Source: Somniosus microcephalus
Taxonomy: Eukaryota
Direction: 5' to 3'
Assembly: GCA_052327205.1 (NCBI GenBank)
Contig: CM126207.1
Span: forward strand, 249,674,001 to 249,738,000
Length of the DNA stretch: 64,000 nt
Below, in pieces: positions 1-11,153 of the stretch. The notes under the pieces are model-generated. The model had not been told where the DNA came from, did not search any database, and saw only the letters and a list, made by a program, of their open reading frames with translations. Every line of letters starts with the position of its first letter. Position 1 is the stretch's first letter. The position numbers were made by a program, and so were the translations under genes.

Positions 1-10
1 AAACCATGTA

Positions 11-1004
11 CAGGAAACTCTCTTTTTACCGGCACCTAAATAACTGGAAATCTCTCTTAACCGGCAAAATTCAGGAGTAGGTTCAGGTAAATTTTACTTC
101 ATATTAGTGACCGTGTAACCGGGGTTCCTGGATCTGTGGCCGTGTAACCGGGGTTCCTGGATCTGTGGCCGTGTAACCGGGGTTCCTGGATCTGTGGCAG
201 TGTAACCGGGGTTCCTGGATCTGTGGCCGTGTAACCGGGGTTCCTGGATCTGTGGCCGTGTAACCGGGGTTCCTGGATCTGTGGCCGTGTAACCGGGGTT
301 CCTGGATCTGTGGCCGTGTAACCGGGGTTCCTGGATCTGTGGCCGTGTAACCGGGGTTCCTGGATCTGTGGCCGTGTAACCGGGGTTCCTGGATCTGTGG
401 CCGTGTAACCGGGGTTCCTGGATCTGTGGCCGTGTAACCGGGTTTCCTGGATCTGTGGCTGTGTAACCGGGGTTCCTGGATCTGTGGCCGTGTAACCGGG
501 GTTCCTGGATCTGTGGCCATGTAACCGGGTTTCCTGGATCTGTGGCCGTGTAACCTGGGTTCCTGGATCTGTGGCCGTGTAACCGGGGTTCCTGGATCTG
601 TGGCCGTGTAACCGGGTTTCCTGGATCTGTGGCCGTGTAACCAGGGTTCCTGGATCTGTGGCCGTGTAACCGGGGTTCCTGGATCTGTGGCTGTGTAACC
701 GGGGTTCCTGGATCTGTGGTCGTGTAACCGGGTTTCCTGGATCTGTGGCCGTGTAACCGGGTTTCCTGGATCTGTGGCCGTGTAACCGGGGTTCCTGGAT
801 CTGTGGCCGTGTAACCGGGTTTCCTGGATCTGTGGCCGTGTAACCTGGGTTCCTGCTCCTGTTGCCATGCAACAGGGACGCCTGGATCTGTGGCCGTGTA
901 TGGGGCTCTCGTACCTTAGTAACTATACCTCTCTGTAATCTGGACTTTTTGATCAACCGGCCGCACGCCGGTCCCGTCGGTGCCGGATAAAAAAGAATTT
1001 CCTG
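11..1004. mobile_element. Tc1/mariner (pogo/Tigger-like) MITE, copy 1, containing an expanded minisatellite
   Basis: TA|CAGGAAACTCTCTTTTTACCGGCACC ... GGTGCCGGATAAAAAAGAATTTCCTG|TA: imperfect ~26-bp TIRs with TA target duplication. Both ends are homologous to the 319-bp copy at 50340-50658. Confidence 0.85.
111..854. repeat. 29-bp minisatellite, ~25-26 copies (CCGTGTAACCGGGGTTCCTGGATCTGTGG)
   Basis: Directly visible head-to-tail repeats with scattered single-base variants. Explains the repetitive ORFs 99..1016 and 104..868. Confidence 0.98.
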
Positions 1005-1029
1005 TAGTGTGAACAAGAGTCATGTGCAG

Positions 1030-1195
1030 AGTGGTTATCGCTGGAGGTTCCTTTCTTTAAAAGGCATTAGTAAACCAGTTGCATTTCAATGACAATGCAG
1101 CAGTGATCATGGTCATTTTTTCTGCTGGTCTTCTACAAATTACCAAATGTATTGAATTCAATTTCATATCTTGCCATGGTGGGATTTGAACTCAC
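1030..1195 (-). mobile_element. Degenerate tRNA-derived SINE fragment
   Basis: AAAGGCATTAGTAAACCAG...GAATTCAATTTC...GCCATGGTGGGATTTGAACTC (B-box-like on the minus strand) resembles a common shark SINE. Truncated by the following MITE. Confidence 0.55.
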
Positions 1196-1573
1196 GGGCC
1201 CCGTTTTTAACGGTTCCCACCTGGCGGAAGCCTAGCAGTTAAAAAATAAGGCGAGTCACTTATCCCCTCTGATCCTACTACCTTTCCACCGTGTCCCAAT
1301 CTTAACCTGCTGTTTTGAGCATGCGAACAGGACACCTGCAGGAAGGAAGCGGGTCCTCCGTTAAATATGCAGGCCGGGTCCGATGCTGTAACTGCGGGCT
1401 ATTTCTCATCACCTGCTAACAACAAGCTTCCACTGGCGAGCCCAACCCGGGCTGGGAGCTCACTGCAAATAATTCACATCGTTGATCCTGTGATGTTGGT
1501 CTTGCGTGAATTCAGCATGCACAAGGCTCACTTGGCCTTGGTGCTGAACCGCCAGGATTGGAAAAAATGGCCC
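1196..1573. mobile_element. PIF/Harbinger-type MITE
   Basis: GGGCCCCGTTTTT ... AAAAAATGGCCC imperfect TIRs; GC-richer than the flanks. Confidence 0.6.
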
Positions 1574-1755
1574 TAATGTGTTTGATGCCAGATTTCCACC
1601 TGCCTATAAACTTTTGCGTGTGGTATTATAGGTAACATCTTTTGTGCCTGTGACTTGATCATAAGAGGAATTTGAGGGGAACGATGCATTTCAAAATGCT
1701 CTGAAGATGTATTAATGACACCACAATTTGCAGATATTGTTATTGTCATGCCTGC

Positions 1756-2200
1756 GAGCAACTTAAAATTTGAATGCTGAAAGCATCCCAAGACACTTTA
1801 CAGAGGGAAAGAAAACAATAGGAATATACAGATAAGGAAACAGATGGTGAGCTACGGAGTGAGAGATTAGGATAAATTACCAAAGGTTTGGTCAAAAGAT
1901 GGGCTTTAAAAGGTGGAATGAGAAGAGAGGTAGAGGGGTTTAGGGAAGAAATTCTGGAGAATAAGACCAAGAAGCCTGAAAGATGTACTGCCAATGGTAG
2001 GGTGAATGGAAGAGGGAATGTATAAAGAGGTGGAGTTGGAGAACTGAAGGGTGTGGGAGGGGATATATGCCTGGAGGAAGTGCATAGATAGGGTGGGACA
2101 GGGTTATGGAGGGATCTGTAGACAAGCATAAGAATTTTAAATGTAATGCGTTTGGAGATTGGAGCGATGGAAGTGTAACCATAAAAGTGGTCCCATGACA
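1756..2200 (-). mobile_element. L2 LINE 3' fragment (decayed)
   Basis: Minus-strand translation PISKRITFKILMLVYRSLHNPVPPYL matches the L2 RT C-terminal motif (HWLPV..R..FKIL.L.YKSLHGL.PPYL). Confidence 0.8.
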
Positions 2201-2343
2201 GATACAATAGAATATCTCACTGGGCACTGAACATTAAGAATAGGACACATTAACGACATTGCAACACAGAATCAGCATTCCAGGGCTATATTGGGTAAAC
2301 TCTACTTGTATTGCTGCAAAAATCAAAACTTAGAATAAAGGCA

Positions 2344-2456
2344 GGGGGTTAAACTGGTCAACATCAGTAGCACAACGGGCTGATAGCAAATTGGCTGCCA
2401 AATCAGGCACGGTGTAAAATGATCCATGCTACTGGCATTGACCAATTTCACTCCCC
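2344..2456. mobile_element. Short MITE (Harbinger-like)
   Basis: GGGGGTTAAACTGGTCAACATCAGTAGC ... GCTACTGGCATTGACCAATTTCACTCCCC, ~28-bp imperfect TIRs. Confidence 0.6.
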
Positions 2457-2819
2457 ATAAAGTTTAAATTCTTTCTCACTTGACATAGTTTGGAGGCTAA
2501 TATCATATAATTTCTTATTCCAACTGATGACCTAATCATTACAGAATGTTCAGCTACTTCACAAATATTTAATATCTGAAACTTTGTCACACATGAATTG
2601 CAAGGTTATCCTTACAATAGTGGCCTGGGTTCTCCTCTCAGTTACTGCAGTTTTTATGGCACATGAGAGGCAATAAACAAAGTCCTTAACCGCTATCGCC
2701 TCAGATCTGCCATCAAAGGGGCACTTCGGTTTGGACAGCTCGGCATCGGTTTACTGTTCCTCAGCTTTCATTTCAAAATTCAACATATGTGTCATGCAGT
2801 TTAGGCACATTGACAGTGC

Positions 2820-3419
2820 GGGGGAGAAATTCAACTCGTGCAAAATGGGCGGCACGATGCAAATGCATGTAAATTTAGCCTCTGGCCTCAACTGCATGAA
2901 ACCGGCGAGCAGCTCACCGGTCAGGGCCTTGGACACAGCGGTCAGCTACAATGCCGAGCTGGCCCGCAGGTAGGTCATGGCGAAGCAGAGGGGGTCGAGT
3001 CCGGGCCGGCAGCATGCGCAGAATTTTTGTGGAGCCAGGGAGAACACTCCTGGCTCCACAGAAAAGAATGTATTAAAAATAGCTTTTTCTGGGTGGCTTC
3101 CAGCTGTCCCTTTAAGGACCACTGGTTAGATTGCTGAAGACCCGGAACAACTGGGTGGAGCATGCGTGGTGTGTTAATTCAGCCCATTTGATGACCAATT
3201 TCTATAGGGGTCCGACAAGCGGCGGTAGGGCCTCAATTGCATGGGCAAGGTGCCTCACGCTTGTGCCCTGAAAACCGAGAAGTCACCGGCTTCCAATTTG
3301 ACAGCCAGCGCACTTCCTGGGGTGATCGGGCATGGGAGATGGTGACCTGAAATTTGTCCGCCCTCAATGGTGAATTAACTCCCCAAAAAACGGGTGCAAC
3401 GATATTCAATTTCTCACCC
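2820..3419. mobile_element. PIF/Harbinger-type MITE
   Basis: GGGGGAGAAATT ... AATTTCTCACCC TIRs, same TIR class as 35806-36540. Confidence 0.7.
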
Positions 3420-4869
3420 AATTTGTGCAAAGGGAAATGGTTGTGCACAATGCTTGAAATTGTGGCTTTCAGAGTTTGCAGCAGTTCCCAAGTGTTTGTC
3501 GAATGCTCAATGAAGCGCACACACGAAATGTGAGTAAAGTGAGGAATACAGACCAGCACACCTTTTCCTTGCGACTCATGGAAACTGCCCTGAATACCCT
3601 CCAACATGATCATGTTACAAATTGATTTGACCACAGATATGCGGCCAATTTAGTTTCGAAGATGCAATTCAATTTCTAAATTTAAAGTTGTACATTTTAC
3701 TGGCCTTTGTACCTCCTGTCCTAGCATAACATGATTTTCCCGTCATTTCAGTTGAATTGTAAATTTAAAATGAGTCACACATCTAATTGGAATCGCTGAC
3801 CGATAATAACTAGTACTGAACAAACACAGGTCTTAATAAAAGTAAACACATTTGCACCACTTTATTTGACCCCTATCTACACATGGTATTAAAGAAAGAA
3901 AAATAAAATATAATAAATGCCATATGCACAACAGTAATAAGGGTCCTCTGTGGTTTTTGAAAATGCACTCACTGTTCCGTGGTTTCGCATTTCATTCACA
4001 AAACTGCCCCTGACAAAAAGTTTCAAAATCTTCAGAAGACCATTGTGAAGCCTATTATTACGACAGACAGTTACTGCGTGTACTTGTCAGGTGCAGACTT
4101 TGTGAGTGAAGAACACGTCAAGATCAAGGTTTGCTTTTGCTTCTTTCCTGGGATTTTCATTATTCTTTCCATTTTATCAAAAGCTTCAAGATTTATGTGA
4201 TCACTGATTAATACTGGCCAGATTTTCAGTGCGATCCTTCGAAAGGAAAGTTCAAAGAGACGTGGAACGACAGACTTTCCTTTCCTTTGATTGTTGCACA
4301 AGTGTTGTCGAAAAATAACAGAGACACTTTTCAAATTTTAATTTTCAGTTCAGTATTAGAAATTAAAAAGCAAAGCAGCAGAGTTTTCCAATATTTATGA
4401 TTGCTTGTAAATAGTTTTAGATTATTTTATGTATTATTAGCAGTATTTATATGAGCAATTGTTGAACAAAATATAAGTATATTCTAAAAATAAATGACTA
4501 TTTTGCAATTGGATGAAGTTTGTTATTGGCATTAGCAAACACTGACAATCCCTATGCATCCTGATATTTAATATTCACATTAAAGTGCAGTGTTCCTTCA
4601 GAAACCCCGGGGCAACATTCATTTAAGCCAGTTTTCAATCGGGAACTGCGCGGAGCAGTTGAAACATGCAATTTTAATTCCCGTGCCTCATTTGGTTAAA
4701 GCAGGTGAACTTCCAGCGCTACTCATGCTGCTGATTGGCAGCTCGCATGCTGGGAGGCGGGGGGGGGGGGAAAGGGGGGCAAAAATCGGGCCTTTCTGAC
4801 ACAAAGGCAGCCGACAAGGTGCTCATAGGCTGCAGGCAGCTGGAATTCTCTTTACAACAGTTAAGATGG

Positions 4870-5070
4870 CAGCAAGAGCTGGTGCTGTCAAGGCCCTCTG
4901 ATTCTTTGATGCTGCATTGGAGGTCCTGGTACAGGGGCTCGATAGGAGGAGGGAGTTACTCTTGCTGCCAGGGGGCTGGGGGGAGGGGGTGGGGAGGCAA
5001 AGCGTCTCCCGACAAGAGTCCTGGCTACAATGTAGAAAGAGGTTTAATGACCTGACTAGGGTTGCTAAGG
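4870..5070 (+). pseudogene. Harbinger Myb/SANT-like DNA-binding protein remnant
   Basis: EVLVQGLDRRRELLL...SWLQCRKRFNDLTRVAK followed by a GTGAGA donor-like site; typical Myb/SANT-like signature of the Harbinger accessory ORF. Confidence 0.8.
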
Positions 5071-5489
5071 TGAGATCCCTAACTCTTATCTCTGCTTCTC
5101 TCTGCTGAGCCCTGTACCTCCCGTATCCCCAGTACTCAAGGCTTTTCTCCCCCACTTTCCTTAACTCCACTCCACCACCTTCCACGGCTACTGCCACACC
5201 TGCTGCTGACCTCACAATTACTTCCCTCACTTCCCCACACCTATACTACCTTTCACGCAACATCTAACACTATTCCACCATGACATGCACATCCTCAAGA
5301 CATCTCACTAGGCTACCAATAACGCATTCCCTTCTCTCTCGCAGGAGAAGCTGGCACACAATATACACCAGCAGATGCTCTATGAAGTCTATGATGTGGG
5401 AAGCCTGCTATCTTGGTGAAGACTGCAGATCTTTTGGCTTGCTTCATTGCCTCCATGGGGAAGGAGATAAAGGAAAAAACGTTCCTCTT

Positions 5490-5790
5490 GGAGTACAGCC
5501 CTTCCCGTCACATCCTGGATGCAGCAGTGGACAGCAAACTGGGTGATGTCGCTCATGTCACCTCTTGCAGGCTGGATTGACCCTGTGGCATAGAAATTAA
5601 AGGTCACTGTCACCTTGACAGTGACAGGCAGTGCTGTCCATGCCCTGGTGTGGAGTTTAAGTTAATGCTGCGTAGGTGACACAGCTCAGTGACATATTCC
5701 AGGATGAAGTGAAATGCCAACAATTCATCACTCATCAATTGCTGGCACCATGGTGAGCATATTGCTTCTGCAGCACATTGTGCCACAGTA
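5490..5790 (-). pseudogene. HARBI1-like DDE transposase N-terminal remnant (frameshifted)
   Basis: MSDE...VTELCHL and VTVTFNFYATGSIQPARGDMSDITQFAVHCCIQDVT match the HARBI1/Harbinger transposase HTH region (V..ALNFFASGSFQ...GD..GISQ.A.H.CI..VT). Confidence 0.85.
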
Positions 5791-7249
5791 GGGCACGAGT
5801 GTGCATGACGAGTGTACTCCCACCGTGAGTTCCTCATTTCAGCTAAGCTGATATGTAGAGCTACAAAGCAGAGGCAGGCATTTCTCACAGAGCAATTAGA
5901 AAGTTAAGGCTTCCAGTCATTTCAAGTTACTCTTGCATCCCTCCTTACATCCAAATGGGAAACAGCACAGGGCCAGGTCTGGGAGCAGGTTGCCTGCTCA
6001 TACTTTTGGCTTCAGATTAGTGCACTATGTAAGGAGATCTGCAGTTGAAGAAAAAAAGACAAATATTTAAAAAGAGAGTGGAAAGTTCAAAATGACTCAT
6101 TGTTATTAAAAAACGATGGTTTTGTCAATGTATTCTGAAAATTGTGCTTGAACATTTTGGTTTCAGTGCAATATACCTCTTGCATTCGGCAGACTGTCTT
6201 CCGTCATGCAGTGCCTCCCAACACATGTGCAATTGAGAACAATTCGAGTTTTAGAATTTATAGTATATTTGTATAAAGGGCAGTTACATTGTGATGAGTG
6301 AAGCAAAAGGTGGCAAAAAAAAAATCATTTTCAGTCTAGAAATCATCTGTAATAAACAAACCAGTAACTCTTGAAAAGATGAGTTTGCTTTTCAGGATTG
6401 GGACAGGCATAAATGTTAAGATTTGGCACTTCAGCTGAAAGGCATAGGACTAGGCTAGGTACTGGTACATTGGAGATGTTTTCAGATACACAAGGTGCAT
6501 TAGTCAGAAAATACAAGTTACACAGGTGTAGGAACACAAGTTCATATACAAGGTGGTATTGCTGGTTATGGCTTCTGTGAGCATGTTTGTGAGTGTGTTG
6601 GGGAGGGGAATTCTTATCTGTTTATCAACTGACATTGGACCTATCATAAGTCAGTACAGTCCAGTTTGCCTCGGTCAGTTGTTCTAATGAACAAAAAAGC
6701 CCCTCTCTAAAGTTAAAATATTTGGATATTTTAATTTTCAATAAAGAATTCTTAATTGTCATCAATTACTGATTCCATGATAAAATAATCAATGTAAACC
6801 TATGACATGGTGAAAAAATTACTGCCACACATGAAATGCAAATGAAAAACGAAATCTATTTTAGCACCTAATTGATGTGTGAAACTTCTTACATCTAGAA
6901 GAGTTTGTTGAAATATCCTGTGCAGTGGCACCTCCATTATCCTATTATCCACTTTCCCAATTATTCACCAACATTTTCACAAAACAAAGCCTTGTGTGAG
7001 GTATCACCTCATTGCGTTGTATATTTTGTTATTTGTATTTCATTGCCTTTTCTTGGTGAATATCAGTGCCATGGTCTCGCTGTACAATAAAAACAAGACC
7101 AAAATCTAGGGATTCTTCATTATCCGTCCATTCCTATGGTACACCTCGGGTCTCTTCCATGATGGTAGATAATTGAATCCTGCTGGCAGAGAGTGAGAGT
7201 GAAAGAGCGAAAAAGAGGGAAAAGAAAAAAAGAGAAAAAGCACACATAA

Positions 7250-7430
7250 TCTTTCACCTCCTGGGCATAAGTTTGAATAGAGCAGACTACCCAGTATAAG
7301 AAGTTGGGCAGTCGAGGTATTTTTCTGTCACTGTGCTCATGCAAGGTTTTGGCTAAGAGCAAAGGAAAATCTACCTTATATCTAACCTGTGCTATACCTG
7401 ATCTGGCAGTGTCTCCTTGCTCACACTGGG
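7250..7430 (+). mobile_element. Ancient SINE remnant (LF-SINE-like)
   Basis: CTTTCACCTCCTGGGCATAAGTTTGAAT head-like piece and TATCTAACCTGTGCTATACCTG tail-like piece; recognised from memory, heavily decayed. Confidence 0.4.
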
Positions 7431-10400
7431 TAAAAAATTGAAATATGTTTTATTCTCCAGCACTTACATCCTTTACCTTGATAAACACAGAGAAGGAAGA
7501 AACGTGAATAATTAAACTGAAGTAGTAAATACAATTCATATCATGAAGCTGCAAATCCTTTGATGCAATTTCCTTTTCTGGAAGGAGGAGGTGAATTGTA
7601 ATATATTTTTATAATACCTATCAAAATAGTTATACATTTTTCCATGTTTTTAACCTTGGTGCAGGACGTTAACTGTGGAATAATGAAATATCGACAATAG
7701 CTTTCTGATACATGGCTGTTTTTTTTTGAGAAAGCTATCACACAGAAATGTCCTGATGATCACATTTTAAATCACATAGCTTCTACAATAATTCATTCAT
7801 AGTTTATTTGGTTGTAATGTGATATGGTGATTTTATGATGACAACACCTGGCTCCATTAGCTTAAAGGATTTGGTGCAAATACAAAATAAAGCAGTTAAC
7901 CCTTGAAGCACCCGCAACTTCATTTACTATAGGGTGACATGAATTAAGGTCGGGAACAAAATATGGGCACTGCGTAAAAAAACCTGAAGTGAACGTTTAT
8001 CTTCCTAACCATGTATCGTTGCTAAGTGTACGCACTCAAAATGGAACAAGCATTACATTGTGTTCTTTTAAATATATTTGTCCCAGAAATTAATCACTAT
8101 ACAAATTTGTTACGCTGGAAATTGTTGCAAGCTATTTTCGTTTTAAAATAAATAATGAAAGTTTTAATACAAAGTATTAGTTCAATAATGTAGTAATGAT
8201 TTATCGTACAAGGACTAAACAGAACCCAATACAGAATGGGAAGAAATACAACATAGAAATACATCGAAGAAAAGAAGAAAACTATATTTCGTGCTTTTTT
8301 AGAAACAGAGAATTGCAAGGAAAGTCCTTAAAACCTGGCTGCAATGCTTTGAATTGCCATATACATAGAAATTAAATCAATTCCGGTTAAAATCTCAATG
8401 AAGACTGTCAGTTTTTAGCAGTGTCTGTTTTTCAAATATTCCAGGCAATTCTGGTGTTAATAGCTAAAAATGGTTTAATGCATTTCTTAAGAGCTAACTA
8501 TTTAGGTGAGGACTAATCATGCACAAATGAACAATGAAAAAAGGGATTTAGAAAATTCTGCTTGTAACATCTAAATATTACAATCTTTTCACTTCATGTT
8601 TGCTGATGGAGAAGTATCTAATTATTAACAGTATTAATGAAAATCAGCAATTTTTTTTCTTAGTTATTAGCTCCTACATCTTTAGTTTAAATATTTTGGT
8701 TTCAATAGTAAAATAAAAGATTGAATGTTTAAATTTTAGACAAAATTAGGACACACACATTGTTTTGTTTATGTATTATAATTATCTGGCTAAACCTCCG
8801 TTATTCTCCTTTATAGAATCCAATGCTTTTACCAATTTCACAATTTTAAACATTTACAACAGTTTCTGGTTAACTTTATTCATAAAATCCAGAAAGAAGT
8901 GATTCCTGATATTACACATTACAGAGCAACTTTGCCTGGGCATAAATCTCAATTTAATTCAGTTGATTTCAGCTTCAATATGTATAACCATTTATAGGTT
9001 TTGGCTTTTAAATGTAATAAAGTACCAGCCACCTGCCACCAAGTGAGAATCAGATGAAAAAAACATTAAGTCTAAAAATATGGAAAATGATAACTCATTC
9101 CTCACATGTACAAAGAACTGAGAGAACAAAATGGATTCTCCTGGTGTTCCCGCCAAAACCATCCCCCGTCAGTCTTTTGATCAAAGCAGAAAATTTAGCA
9201 CCATCTTCTGAGTAAGGTCTGATCCAATTTAACAGCAGGTCACAGTTAGAGGCCTCGAGCCACTAATGTAACCCAGATTTAGCTGTGCATTTGGTTCATG
9301 AGCTTTTTAAAAAATCTGCAATGTGCCAGGTTAAAGCACTTCTCAACTGGACTAATCTTCTATTTTATTTAAATGAATGAAAAGGTTACGCTTTAAAAAC
9401 AGAAACATTAATTACTTCCAAATTCAGTTTTCTTATTTAAAGAAAAGGTCAGAAAGCATTTTGTTGCAAAAATATTAATCACAATTTGCTTTAATAATCT
9501 GCAGACATAACTTTTAGAATTTAAATAGTTTGCTTTAAGAAATAATGTAATTTGCTAAACGATTTCTTTCTCTATCTATATTTCTTAATAAAGTCTCCAA
9601 GGCATAACATTATTTCTATAATTAGAAAAGCATTTTGTCAAATCGACAAAAAATAGCATGAGCATATTTAATATTAAATAAAGGAGAAAGTATCAATTAA
9701 ATTAAGCTACAATCAACCAGGGTTTAACAAGTCTGCAGAATTAATTTTAGTAGACATATAATTTAGAACAATTTACAAAAATGAAATGCAACATAAATCT
9801 ATTCTTAAATCAAAACGTAAAACAATCTATGGCTCACAAGCTGTATATATTCAGATTTTTTGAAACAGTATAAATCCCTCAAGAAAACTAAACGAATCCT
9901 TAAGTTCCTAAAATCATATTGCACTAACATAAAGGTTGATGTCAAAGATTAGAATTGTATTTACAACTACTTCTTGGCAGGCATTTTAATGGCAGATTTT
10001 AAAACTGAAGAGGCATTAAATAATGATACAGTAAGAGCACCAAAAGAAATCCTATGGTTTCACACATAATTTGAAACATATGAATGCATGTCTGCATTCA
10101 TTAAAAAAACTTCAATTTTTTGATCAATATGCTTTATTTTAATTACACTAGTAAATTCATCTTTAGTGTGCTTCACAACAGTCCTCATTTAAAAGGGAGG
10201 AGAATTAATGTCAGCAGTTAAGGCACTTGAAACTTTTTAAGTTTTCCCTTGTGATTTTAAACAAAGACTGTTTCTGTACTAGACACTCACAAAACTGGAA
10301 AAAAAATGAGAAAGATTTGAAACAGAAGTTCAGGCATTCCGATCATGCAACACATGTTATTTTGTACAAGTCGAGGCAATTGATGAACGTCAAAATACTG

Positions 10401-11140
10401 TCTCAATAAACTAATGTTTTAAAGGACAAAGTGAAATAATTAATAATGCATCTTGTTTTGAAAGAAATGTATTCATAGACAAAAATGTCCTAACAAAAGA
10501 TATCCAAAGCACAACTAAACTATAGTCTATTCCATAGCTTTGGCACTACACTTGAAAATCAATTGATGTCTGAAATGCCTTTCTTTCAGGTGACTTTAAA
10601 CAGCCAGTCTCAAGGGTTTAAACCAGGAATATTCTCTATCACTAAATGTGATTTATAAAAACGTTTTTGTGCTTACAAATTTCTCTTAATTGTTTGCTTT
10701 TTGTTAGTAATTTTGTCTAAAATTTAAGCAAAATTTATCAAATAATTAAAAAAAACTTATCTCCCTAATTCTATATTTGCTAGTTTGGTTTGTGACAGTC
10801 TATTCCTCAAAGCGGACTTAATACTAAACTTTGACAATAGTCAACGATGCAGGGGAAATGCTCAGAGTATCTGAAAACAAAAGATGGGGTGTTCCCATTC
10901 AGCCCACAATACTTCAAGTTCTCTTCCCCATAACGCAAGTGCTATGGCCAATGCCGCTTACCATGGCCCAGGCATTCCAGAAACAATGAGCTCAAACATT
11001 TTTAGGTAACAAGTTAAGTACCTGTAATTTGTATACATTTGATCTGTTGCCTTTTTTCTGTTTGACAGAGCACACAAAAGGAGTCAGCGCTGGCAGCTTA
11101 GGAGATACGCACTCCAACATGCCGTGCAATTAATAGGTTT

Positions 11141-11153
11141 AGGTCAAAGTTCA
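11141..11153 (+). promoter_or_regulatory. Canonical DR1 nuclear-receptor element AGGTCAAAGTTCA
   Basis: Exact RG(G/T)TCA-N-RG(G/T)TCA DR1 (COUP-TF/HNF4/RXR/PPAR class) in repeat-free DNA. Function untested. Confidence 0.4.

Larger units (their letters stand above)
4609..5890. mobile_element. Internally deleted PIF/Harbinger transposon with convergent Myb/SANT (+) and transposase (-) remnants
   Basis: Left end GGGGCAACATTC resembles the family TIR; both gene remnants listed next lie inside. Right boundary approximate. Confidence 0.75.

Noticed and set aside
111-854. CRISPR-like array (29-bp repeats)
   Set aside because: Units are head-to-tail with no unique spacers, there are no cas genes, and the context is eukaryotic.
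99-1016. 305-aa and 254-aa repetitive ORFs on the minus strand
   Set aside because: The 29-bp unit has no stop codon in any minus-strand frame, so long ORFs are automatic. They lie in a MITE and show no domain.
5389-5888. Domesticated HARBI1 host gene
   Set aside because: Frameshifted, truncated before the DDE core, and embedded in a deleted transposon.
10219-10232. TAAGGCAC (miR-124-like 5' end)
   Set aside because: Only 8 nt match and there is no precursor hairpin; better read as an NKX-type CACTTGA motif or chance.
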